Below, piece by piece: positions 17,793 through 24,912 of a stretch of 25,672 nucleotides of DNA. Source of the DNA: a virus (Duplodnaviria > Caudoviricetes); IMG/VR virus record IMGVR_UViG_3300011442_000027, positions 1-25,672 of that record; one strand, written 5' to 3'. Position 1 is the stretch's first letter. Each line of letters opens with the position of its first letter. The translations under genes and the position numbers were made by a program. Below the pieces are notes generated by a model. That model was not told the origin of the DNA, did no database searches, and saw nothing but the letters and a program-made list of their open reading frames with translations.

Positions 17793-19115
17793 ATGGTCGA
17801 TCCAACCACAGTCAACACTAGCCTCGCGATCCCTATTCGCGGCTCGGACGTTGGCACTTGGGACTTGCCGGTAAACGGCAACTTTAACGCCATCGACAGC
17901 ATGTTCGGCGGCGTCACCACCATTGCTCTGGCCGCTGCCACCGTTACGCTTTTATCCTCTCAGGGACAGCAGGCAGTCATCAGATTTACCGGAACGCTGG
18001 CGAATGACATTCAGGTTGTTTTGCCAAACATCATCAAGGGATGGACGGTAGATAATCGACTGACAAACTCTCCATCAACAGGGTTTGTTGCTCAAATAGT
18101 TACCCCCGGATCGTCCTTTGGCATTGGAGCGGCCCCGAGTAATAGCGAAATCTACTACGATGGCATTGGTGTCTACTATCGCAATCTGGAGAGAGTTGGG
18201 ACCTATGTAGACTTTGCAGGCTCTCAAGTCCCTAGATGGGTGTCATTTTGCAGTGGCGCTCAACCATACTTGCTTTGCAACGGTACCACCTTCAGTTCCG
18301 CTACCTATCCGATCCTTACCAGTCTGCTTGGCTCCACTACGCTGCCCGATGCCCGTGGTCGCGTTCGCATGATGTCGAACCAAGGCACCAATCGCGTCAC
18401 CGTCTTCAATGGCGATACGCTTTTTCTTGGTGGCGGCGACCAACAGGTTCAGGCCCATACTCATACCGGCTCCGGTACGACGAGCGATGTGAGCGCCGAC
18501 CATACCCATACCGGCAGCGGATCGACCCCCGTTAGCGGCACCACCAGCACTGAAAGCGTCTTCCATACCCACACCGGTAGCGGCACAACCAGCTTTGTCA
18601 GCGCCGATCACACCCATACCGGATCGGGCACAACCTCTGTCGAGCAACAGGGTTTTAATTTTAACTTCTCTGGCACCACCAGCGATATCAGCGCCAATCA
18701 CACCCATTCTTATACTACAGCACAGTTTTTGGGTATTCTGGCTGACGTTGGTAGTCAAACGGGACTTCCAAACAACTCCGCCTCCCCACAAACCGGCACT
18801 GTCAGCAACGGCCACACCCATACCTATTCCGGGACCACCGGCACACAAAATCAGAACCACACCCATACGTACAGCTTTACGACAAGCGGCATTTCCGCAA
18901 ACCACACACATACCTATTCCTTTACCAGCGCCAATCAAAGCGTGCTGCACACGCACACCTTCAGCGCTTCCGGTGCTTACAGCTTTACGACCTCCGGGGC
19001 CAGCAACGGCCACACCCACACCTACAGCTTTACGACAGCTTCGTTTGGCGCTGGCGCGTCTCTGAATATGCAGCCCACCTATGTCGGCGGCATCACCATG
19101 ATCAGGGCAGCATAA
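17793..19115 (+). CDS. Tail fibre with collar domain and His-x-His metal-binding needle
   Basis: Collar motif GTYVDFAGSQVP..YLLCNG..FSSATYPIL..LPDARGR, ten HTH motifs, C-terminal NMQPTY...MIRA. Confidence 0.88.
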   Translation: MVDPTTVNTSLAIPIRGSDVGTWDLPVNGNFNAIDSMFGGVTTIALAAATVTLLSSQGQQAVIRFTGTLANDIQVVLPNIIKGWTVDNRLTNSPSTGFVAQIVTPGSSFGIGAAPSNSEIYYDGIGVYYRNLERVGTYVDFAGSQVPRWVSFCSGAQPYLLCNGTTFSSATYPILTSLLGSTTLPDARGRVRMMSNQGTNRVTVFNGDTLFLGGGDQQVQAHTHTGSGTTSDVSADHTHTGSGSTPVSGTTSTESVFHTHTGSGTTSFVSADHTHTGSGTTSVEQQGFNFNFSGTTSDISANHTHSYTTAQFLGILADVGSQTGLPNNSASPQTGTVSNGHTHTYSGTTGTQNQNHTHTYSFTTSGISANHTHTYSFTSANQSVLHTHTFSASGAYSFTTSGASNGHTHTYSFTTASFGAGASLNMQPTYVGGITMIRAA

Positions 19116-19116
19116 A

Positions 19117-19893
19117 ATGAAAACAGTCACCCCAAAGCTGCAATTCCTCGACCTCAGTCATTGGTCATGGCCCGTTGATTGGGACTCACTCAAAAAGAAC
19201 CCTGACTTGATAGCAATCGGATGGAAGGCCACCGAGGGGAATTACAATACCGACCAATACTATGCTCAGGCCCGCGAACAGGCGACCCAGCGCGGCTACC
19301 TATGGATGGCCTATCACTTTGCTACCAACAACAATGTCGAGCAGCAGGTTGATCGGTTTCTCAGCGTTGCCAAGCCGAACTTCAACACCCGCCTAGCCCT
19401 AGACTGGGAGGACTACGGCGAAAAGCAGATGACGCTGGATCAGGTGGAAGAGTTTCTCCGCCTCGTGGACGCCAAGACCAATCGGCTTGTTACACTTTAC
19501 AGCGGCAACACCGCCAAGGAAGCTCTGGGGAACACCAAGAACGAGTTTCTGGGTAGACACCCTTTGTGGATACCCAGATACGCAAGCGAGGGCGGCCAGC
19601 CGACCTTGCAAGCCTCATGGTCTGCTTGGGATATCTGGCAATATGCGGCAGACGGGTCCGGCGTGCAGCCTAACACCGCCGCTGGCGTCAAAGGACACCC
19701 GGACTGCAACGTCTTCTATGATGACGAAGAGACGGTTCGTAAAAACTGGTCCGGGGGGCCGGTCACCGTCACGCCGCCGATCACCAAACCTCCACCGATA
19801 GTTCCACCTCCCGTTGCACCGCAGCAAACCGTCACCGTGACTGTCTCAGCGCCGCCCGGCGTTACTGTAAATGTCGTCAAAATTGTGTCATAA
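19117..19893 (+). CDS. Endolysin, glycoside hydrolase family 25 muramidase
   Basis: DLSHW, KATEG, AYHF, LDWE (DxE), LWIPRY, IWQY, DCN motifs; Pro-rich C-terminal linker. Confidence 0.93.
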   Translation: MKTVTPKLQFLDLSHWSWPVDWDSLKKNPDLIAIGWKATEGNYNTDQYYAQAREQATQRGYLWMAYHFATNNNVEQQVDRFLSVAKPNFNTRLALDWEDYGEKQMTLDQVEEFLRLVDAKTNRLVTLYSGNTAKEALGNTKNEFLGRHPLWIPRYASEGGQPTLQASWSAWDIWQYAADGSGVQPNTAAGVKGHPDCNVFYDDEETVRKNWSGGPVTVTPPITKPPPIVPPPVAPQQTVTVTVSAPPGVTVNVVKIVS

Positions 19894-19935
19894 ATAATTA
19901 GGTAGGCGGTTCTTACTTGGGGGTTATTTATGGCA
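19886..19935 (+). promoter_or_regulatory. Predicted mRNA hairpin covering the endolysin stop and the holin SD and start codon
   Basis: TGTCATAAATAA (19886-19897) pairs with TTATTTATGGCA (19924-19935), one G-U; inner stem TTAGGTAGG/CTTACTTGG. Confidence 0.6.
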
Positions 19936-20337
19936 GACGACCAAAACGGCAACAAGAGCGGTTGGGATTTCTCTGCACCTAACTCCTTAACGCCTTCCAT
20001 CGATCAAGTATCTGGTCAGCTACGGGTATTGATCCCGGCGCTTGGCACGATTGTCACCACGGCTGGCTGGATCAGCGCCGATAAGGTAGGGCCGATTGTG
20101 TCCAATGCCCTGATCGCGATTGGCCCGATTATGTTTATAGGAGCGTCAATATGGTCGCTGGTAGCCAACTCAAGGCGCTCGATTCTGGCATCAGCCGCCA
20201 AGCCGGTCGCCCCGGATGTCCCTCCGCCTCAAATTGTGCTACCAGTGCAGGAGACGGCGCTTGCCGAGACACTGCCGCATAACGTCAGCACAACCGAAAC
20301 CAAGAAGGTAGTTCCATGTTCAGGAAAATCTCCCTAG
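19930..20337 (+). CDS. Putative holin (two predicted TM segments)
   Basis: Follows the endolysin; hydrophobic LRVLIPALGTIVTTAGWI and IVSNALIAIGPIMFIGASIWSLV segments, then a hydrophilic tail. Confidence 0.65.
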   Translation: MADDQNGNKSGWDFSAPNSLTPSIDQVSGQLRVLIPALGTIVTTAGWISADKVGPIVSNALIAIGPIMFIGASIWSLVANSRRSILASAAKPVAPDVPPPQIVLPVQETALAETLPHNVSTTETKKVVPCSGKSP

Positions 20338-20729
20338 TTCTGGCCCTCAGTCTATCTCTAGGTGGCTGCGCTGGCCTCCAGAACATCAAGACTGCCGTAG
20401 AGGTTGGCACCACCTCCATTGTCAATCCCATCACAAGGGACCGCCTCAACCAGTTGGAGAACATCGCCATTCTGGTTTTCACCGGGCTTAATAGCTGGAG
20501 ACAGGCCTGCATCGACGGCACCATTCCAGCTAGCTGCAAAGGCCAGATCGAGTCTGCTCAGGTCTACACAAGGAAAATCCCGCCTTACCTCACTCAGCTA
20601 CGCGCCTTTGTGAAAAGCGGCGATCAGGTCAACGCCATTACGGTTTACAACAATGTCATGAACCTGATCACCACGGTAAAGGCACAGGCCGCCGCCAATG
20701 GCGTCACCATCAGCACAGTCGGGAGCTAA
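20316..20729 (+). CDS. Lipoprotein in lysis cassette (possible spanin-type component)
   Basis: Signal peptide MFRKISLVLALSLSLGG-C with lipobox Cys18; two further Cys; helical pattern. Confidence 0.7.
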   Translation: MFRKISLVLALSLSLGGCAGLQNIKTAVEVGTTSIVNPITRDRLNQLENIAILVFTGLNSWRQACIDGTIPASCKGQIESAQVYTRKIPPYLTQLRAFVKSGDQVNAITVYNNVMNLITTVKAQAAANGVTISTVGS

Positions 20730-20732
20730 GTC

Positions 20733-20945
20733 ATGGATATCGCACTTATTCTGGACCTAGCCATGAAGGGCCTTAGCGTGGCCAACACGCTGATCACCGT
20801 AGGAAAGAATGCCGTTCCAGCCATCGACGCGGTGAAGCAATTGATATCCGGGGCGCAGGCAGGCACCCTAACCGACGCCGATCTTGATAAGACGGAGGCT
20901 GTCCTCGACGCTTTGATCGAAGACTTCAACGCCCCGTTGCCGTGA
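20733..20945 (+). CDS. Small amphipathic helical protein
   Basis: 70 aa, GGGAG SD at 20721, tight spacing to neighbours. Confidence 0.7.
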   Translation: MDIALILDLAMKGLSVANTLITVGKNAVPAIDAVKQLISGAQAGTLTDADLDKTEAVLDALIEDFNAPLP

Positions 20946-20949
20946 TCGG

Positions 20950-21177
20950 ATGGACATCACAGGCTTCCATATCGATTTTAACTTGGTGCTTATCCTGTTT
21001 ATCGCCGGGATAAACGCCTACACGGCCATCATCACTTATAGAACAAACAAGAATGTCGGCATTGTCGAGAAAGCCACCAACTCCATGAAGGATGCTTTGG
21101 TGGCGGCGACGGCAAAGGCTTCGCTGGCTGAGGGAACCGCTGCCGGTCTAAAACAGGGCCGGGAAGAAACGAAATAA
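20950..21177 (+). CDS. Small single-TM membrane protein
   Basis: N-terminal hydrophobic FNLVLILFIAGINAYTAIITY followed by an Ala-rich helix. Confidence 0.7.
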   Translation: MDITGFHIDFNLVLILFIAGINAYTAIITYRTNKNVGIVEKATNSMKDALVAATAKASLAEGTAAGLKQGREETK

Positions 21178-21319
21178 GTGGGATATCTGGGATAACTACG
21201 CCACAATACTAAGTATCTGAAAAGTATGTGGTTTCCTGTCAACCCCATAAGTGTTGTTGCCTCTCGCTTGCATCCTTGGGTAAAACCCCCTGTCGATTAT
21301 TGGAGAGGGGGCATCACCC

Positions 21320-21814
21320 ATGAAAGCTATCGTAGCTCTGATTGCGCTTGCGGCTATTCTTGTTGCCACGCCAGCCGAAGCTCGCAAGAAACAAACCCAC
21401 ATTCTAGCCGACGAGTGCAACGTCACCATGCCATGCATTGGCGGTTACTACACTCCCGCTGCCAAGCGCTTCATTGATATTCCATTTGGGCGGGCCCGCC
21501 AGAGCTACCGCAGCGCGTCAATTATCGAACACCCCGCTGGTTGCCCCAGAAGGGCGTTCTGTGGGTGCGGGGCCAGCGTCAAGATATTTGGAAAGCCTGT
21601 CAGGAGCCTCTATCTGGCTGCTGCGTGGCTACGCTTCCCGCGAGCTACCCCGGCACCGGGAATGGCCGCTGCCCGCAGGGGCCACGTCTTTGTGCTGGAG
21701 CAGCATCTCGGTGGCAGCACTTGGCTGGTTTACGACGCCAACTCCGGAGGTCACCGGACCCGGATACATCCCAGAAGCCTAGCTGGCTATACCGTGGTCA
21801 ATCCCCATGGGTAA
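21320..21814 (+). CDS. Secreted protein with CHAP/NlpC-P60-like Cys-His motif
   Basis: Signal peptide ending AEA; FCGCGAS...AAAWLRF...PAPGM...GHVFVL...VYDANSG parallels the C...GHV...[ED]xN layout of CHAP domains; GGAGAGG SD. Confidence 0.65.
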   Translation: MKAIVALIALAAILVATPAEARKKQTHILADECNVTMPCIGGYYTPAAKRFIDIPFGRARQSYRSASIIEHPAGCPRRAFCGCGASVKIFGKPVRSLYLAAAWLRFPRATPAPGMAAARRGHVFVLEQHLGGSTWLVYDANSGGHRTRIHPRSLAGYTVVNPHG

Positions 21815-22136
21815 AATCTTGCTTGTTACGGTTTGTTTCCTACTAACCGTCACATCCAGCTATGCACAAAGCCAGAAGGGTAGGGTTAGTTACTACCATG
21901 AGGGTTCTAACACCGCCTCGGGCGAGAGGTTCAATAAGCACGCCATGACCTGCGCCCACCGACGCCTGTCCTTTGGTACAAAGGTGACGGTGTCCTATCG
22001 CGGCAGGAGCGTCACCTGTCGCGTTAACGACCGGGGGCCGTTCATCAGGGGGCGAGTGCTGGATGTGTCTCTAGGGGCCGCCAGAGCCCTAGGAATGACC
22101 GGGGCCGGTGTGGTGGTGGCCGACCTTAGTTGGTAA
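21807..22136 (+). CDS. rlpA: RlpA-like lytic transglycosylase (double-psi beta-barrel)
   Basis: SYY...TASGERF...TCAHRRLSFGTKVTV...RVNDRGPFIRGRVLDVSLGAARALGM; signal peptide; no SPOR domain. Confidence 0.92.
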   Translation: MGKILLVTVCFLLTVTSSYAQSQKGRVSYYHEGSNTASGERFNKHAMTCAHRRLSFGTKVTVSYRGRSVTCRVNDRGPFIRGRVLDVSLGAARALGMTGAGVVVADLSW

Positions 22137-22211
22137 TGGAGCCGGGCGAGGGAATCGAACCCCCGACCAATGAGCTACAAGGACACTGCTCTACCACTGA
22201 GCTAGCCCGGC
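22137..22211 (-). tRNA. tRNA-Thr(UGU), atypical anticodon stem
   Basis: Reverse complement: GCCGGGC TA GCTC AGTGGTA GAGC A GTGTC CTTGTAG CTCAT TGGTC GGGGG TTCGATT CCCTC GCCCGGC T CCA; 75 nt with encoded CCA. Confidence 0.85.
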
Positions 22212-22216
22212 TTAAT

Positions 22217-22300
22217 TGGCGGAGGGTGAAGGAGTCGAACCCTCACCGTTGCCGGGGCGCGGTTTTCAGGACCGTCTGTCCACCATGGACGCCACCCTCC
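22217..22300 (-). tRNA. tRNA-Ser(UGA anticodon), long variable arm, possible 8/4 fold
   Basis: Reverse complement: GGAGGGTG GC GTCC ATGGT GGAC AG ACGGT CCTGAAA ACCGC GCC CCG GCAA CGG TG AGGG TTCGACT CCTT CACCCTCC G CCA; 84 nt, G73, encoded CCA. Confidence 0.85.
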
Positions 22301-22365
22301 GTTGCAGTCGCGTATACGGAACCCTGACAATACTGTAACGTTACCACTCGAAAGGAGAACACACC

Positions 22366-22614
22366 ATGGGTTGTTTCTCTCTTGCGTGGCTTGAGCAAAT
22401 GCTCATTTGGCTGGTTATAGCCAGCGCCATTGTAGCCTGCATACGCTTGCTTATACCTTGGGTTACTAGCGTCACCTTCCCGATTGTCGGGCAGATTCTC
22501 GAAATAGTACTTTGGGCAGTTATCGCCATTATCGCGATTTATATCATATTTGCCCTGATAATCTGCCTTATCGGAATGGGTGGCGGCTTCCATCTACCGT
22601 TACCAACAAGGTGA
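22366..22614 (+). CDS. Small hydrophobic membrane protein (2 TM)
   Basis: AAGGAG SD near 22352; 82 aa almost entirely hydrophobic. Confidence 0.75.
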   Translation: MGCFSLAWLEQMLIWLVIASAIVACIRLLIPWVTSVTFPIVGQILEIVLWAVIAIIAIYIIFALIICLIGMGGGFHLPLPTR

Positions 22615-22700
22615 TCAAGCCCGACGAGTACTGGAAGGCCATTGCGGCTGTCTTTATAGCAATCGCGATGGCCCTCACAGCCCAGTTGATCTGGGGTTAG
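22611..22700 (+). CDS. Putative 29-aa single-TM peptide
   Basis: GTGA overlap with the previous gene; MIKPDEYWKAIAAVFIAIAMALTAQLIWG; its TAG overlaps the TAA of the convergent gene. Confidence 0.4.
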   Translation: MIKPDEYWKAIAAVFIAIAMALTAQLIWG

Positions 22701-22912
22701 ACCTCCACCGCCGACGCCCAATTGTGTAGCATGCTTGCTAACCCATACTCGCCGTGGACTTCGGTGGGGTCCCACCCCCAACCATCTTCCTTTGCATCTT
22801 TCTGCATCTCCACAAGCGCCGAGGTGAGGGTGATAAGTTCCTCGTAGGTCATCTCTCTGATGGCTGTGGCGATTATCGCCGTACGACTTTCCCTGACATC
22901 GTTTTCTTCCAT
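22697..22912 (-). CDS. Hypothetical protein
   Basis: 71 aa acidic, GGAGG SD upstream, last gene of the leftward operon. Confidence 0.65.
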   Translation of the reverse strand: MEENDVRESRTAIIATAIREMTYEELITLTSALVEMQKDAKEDGWGWDPTEVHGEYGLASMLHNWASAVEV

Positions 22913-23226
22913 GGTGAGTTTCTCCCTCCCGGCATTGGATTACGCGACTTAGCAATCCCGTATGTCTTTTTTAAGACCCTGTCCGCCTTTTGCATGCGGG
23001 GGTTATCTTCTTTGTGAGTCTTTGTATTGTGGCATATCTTTATACAAAGTACCTTGCAGTTACTGATAGAATTATCACCACCAAGGCCGTCAGGCACATC
23101 ATGGTCAAAATGTATATTCCCGGCCACCAGAACGATACCGCACCCCTCGCAGTGCGGTACGCCCTGTTCATCCATACACCTTTTAAGCGCGAGGGCTTTG
23201 ACACGTCTGGGAAATTCCTTCCTCAC
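22873..23226 (-). CDS. HNH endonuclease
   Basis: CEGC...HFDHDVPDGLGGDNSISNCKVLCIKICHNTKT; start placed at GTG 23226 (GTGA overlap) rather than 23247. Confidence 0.88.
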   Translation of the reverse strand: MRKEFPRRVKALALKRCMDEQGVPHCEGCGIVLVAGNIHFDHDVPDGLGGDNSISNCKVLCIKICHNTKTHKEDNPRMQKADRVLKKTYGIAKSRNPMPGGRNSPWKKTMSGKVVRR

Positions 23227-23522
23227 TTCTTCTTTTTGCCCCACCATTTGGATTTCTTGGTGTACTTGCGTTTGCGTGCCTTCAAGGCAACCTTGGGCCT
23301 TACAGCAACCTTGGCCTTGACGGGCTTCTGGACTACGGGCTCGATAACCTTCTCCCAGTCATCGGCTCTTGGCAGTAAGAAGTTGTCAATCGTCTCTTTG
23401 ACATCACCCCTAGCCATCACGCTAGATAGTTCACGAAGAGCCCTAGCCATTACTGTGAATTTCTTGGCCTGAGCCTCCGCTTTCGTGGCCTCTCTAATCA
23501 CCTGTTTAACGCTTAGTGTCAT
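23223..23522 (-). CDS. Hypothetical protein with very basic C-terminus
   Basis: 99 aa, 4-nt overlaps at both ends, Lys/Arg-rich tail. Confidence 0.7.
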   Translation of the reverse strand: MTLSVKQVIREATKAEAQAKKFTVMARALRELSSVMARGDVKETIDNFLLPRADDWEKVIEPVVQKPVKAKVAVRPKVALKARKRKYTKKSKWWGKKKK

Positions 23523-23884
23523 AATCGCCTCTCTGATCGGGCATTCGCTTCATGCGATTGCCACTCGGAAAACTTCATTCGTAGGTATTCCAACTGCACT
23601 TTCAGTAGATTAGCCTTCCCTCTGTGTTCAACCATCTGCTTACAGAAGTCTTTGTATTCAGGGCTGGCCTTTGCAGCAAGTTCAGCCTTGTTGAATGCCA
23701 TGTCGAGGTTAAACCCAATCACGTCATTAATTCTGTCTGCCAAGAATGCGCTCTTGGTTTCCTCCATGAGTGAGGCCGCTGTGTCGGCATCAACCCACCT
23801 CTTGGCCACTATCCGGTACTGCTCGGATATCGGCTCGTTGCTCTGGTGGTGAGGATCAGAATGGGATGTCATCGTCCATGTCAC
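23519..23884 (-). CDS. Helical coiled-coil phage protein in recombination cluster
   Basis: KAELAAKASPEY...LKVQLEYLRMKFSEWQSHEANARSERRL; true start may be ATG 23872. The role is inferred from context only. Confidence 0.75.
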   Translation of the reverse strand: MTWTMTSHSDPHHQSNEPISEQYRIVAKRWVDADTAASLMEETKSAFLADRINDVIGFNLDMAFNKAELAAKASPEYKDFCKQMVEHRGKANLLKVQLEYLRMKFSEWQSHEANARSERRL

Positions 23885-24119
23885 GGTTGCGCGGCGGCGC
23901 TTGCTTGATAGGTGAGTTCATGGCCGGTGCCCTCGGGGCCGTACCCGCCCCCGGCATCGGCTTCTTCTCACTGACTTGCAGATAGTCGTCACCCTTGGCG
24001 CTTACTTTGGGCCAGAGCGCAATGTTGGTTCTGACACCGTCGATTTCTACAAAGCCGGTGTACTTCGGCCCGCCCTTGTCGCTCTCAAAGAAAGCGCCCT
24101 TCACTCTATATTCAACCAT
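23856..24119 (-). CDS. SSB-like protein
   Basis: Short beta-rich core (PKYTG.VEIDG...IALW) and acidic C-terminus DMDDDIPF, next to ERF. Confidence 0.75.
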   Translation of the reverse strand: MVEYRVKGAFFESDKGGPKYTGFVEIDGVRTNIALWPKVSAKGDDYLQVSEKKPMPGAGTAPRAPAMNSPIKQAPPRNRDMDDDIPF

Positions 24120-24912
24120 TTGCAGTCTCCTTCAATGATCCCCGGACCTTCGTCATGGCCAAGGTGAGGTTGTCGTACATCTTCGGGGCACTGATCTTCA
24201 TATTAGCCAGCGGCACGGAGTTGTTCTGCTCCAGCGCCGTCAACGCTGCCGGGCTTGGTGCCGACCGCGCCACGCCAATGTAGGTCTGACCCCACTTCAT
24301 CCAGTCCGACGCGCTCTCGTCAGCCAGAAGCGGCACATCGATCTTGTTGGGAGAGAATGAACTTTCCATCGTGGCAAATGGGATGTCCTTTAGTTGCTTC
24401 CCAGTGCTGATCGGGTCCGCAGCAGGTGGCTTCGGGGCCTTGACCTTATCTTGCGATGCAACAATCTCGTTGCCATCAGCGGCGTTGCCGTCATCGTCCT
24501 CGTCGGCGCTGATCCCCAGCATAGAGGCGAACGCATACCTTTTCATATAGGTAAGCGCGGAGCCGAACTGTTGGTTACTTCCTCCCTCGGCAATCAACGG
24601 CACCTTGCTTGATAGATATTGGTTGCCGTGATGCAGCGTCGTGGTGAGTACATAAAACCCACCAACGCTATCGTGAGAGATAATTTGCGTGAACGCCAAG
24701 CCGTTATCGGCCAGCGGCTTCCGCACAGCCGTCAGGATATTACTGAAGGTGGCGTACTTGAAACTGTAACCGGCCCCGCCAGATCGCGGCGTAACCTTGA
24801 CGGTGCGGTTGCGTTCGATTTCCGGGAACGCCCCCTGTGCTTTGGCTAGGCCAAGCATCAGGTCGCCAATGTCATCACTTCGCGTCTTTATCTCGCTTAG
24901 TAGACTTCTCAT
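24112..24912 (-). CDS. erf: ERF-family single-strand annealing protein
   Basis: LAKAQG...FKYATFSNIL.AVRKPLADNGL...QQFGSALTYMKRYAFASMLGISADEDDDGN. ATG 24912 preferred over 24990 to limit overlap; start uncertain. Confidence 0.9.
   Translation of the reverse strand: MRSLLSEIKTRSDDIGDLMLGLAKAQGAFPEIERNRTVKVTPRSGGAGYSFKYATFSNILTAVRKPLADNGLAFTQIISHDSVGGFYVLTTTLHHGNQYLSSKVPLIAEGGSNQQFGSALTYMKRYAFASMLGISADEDDDGNAADGNEIVASQDKVKAPKPPAADPISTGKQLKDIPFATMESSFSPNKIDVPLLADESASDWMKWGQTYIGVARSAPSPAALTALEQNNSVPLANMKISAPKMYDNLTLAMTKVRGSLKETANG

Larger units (their letters stand above)
1..22136 (+). mobile_element. Phage late (tail, ejection, lysis) gene module of a podovirus-like phage or prophage
   Basis: Contiguous co-oriented genes with overlapping or abutting stop/start codons; order adaptor, nozzle, GNAT-like, ejection proteins, fibre, endolysin, holin. 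No tail tube or sheath gene recognised. Confidence 0.9.

Noticed and set aside
18243-19130. 295-aa antisense ORF over the fibre gene
   Set aside because: Mirror of the repetitive His/Thr/Ser codons; no independent motif.
22217-22300. tRNA as selenocysteine or opal suppressor
   Set aside because: The anticodon reads UGA (decodes UCA, Ser), not UCA; genes here end normally in TAA, TAG and TGA, so there is no sign of recoding.
22137-22300. tRNA genes as a prophage attachment site
   Set aside because: Phage genes continue on both sides; no integrase or duplicated tRNA 3' end seen in the window.
22130-22327. 65-aa + strand ORF
   Set aside because: It is the antisense reading of the two tRNA genes.
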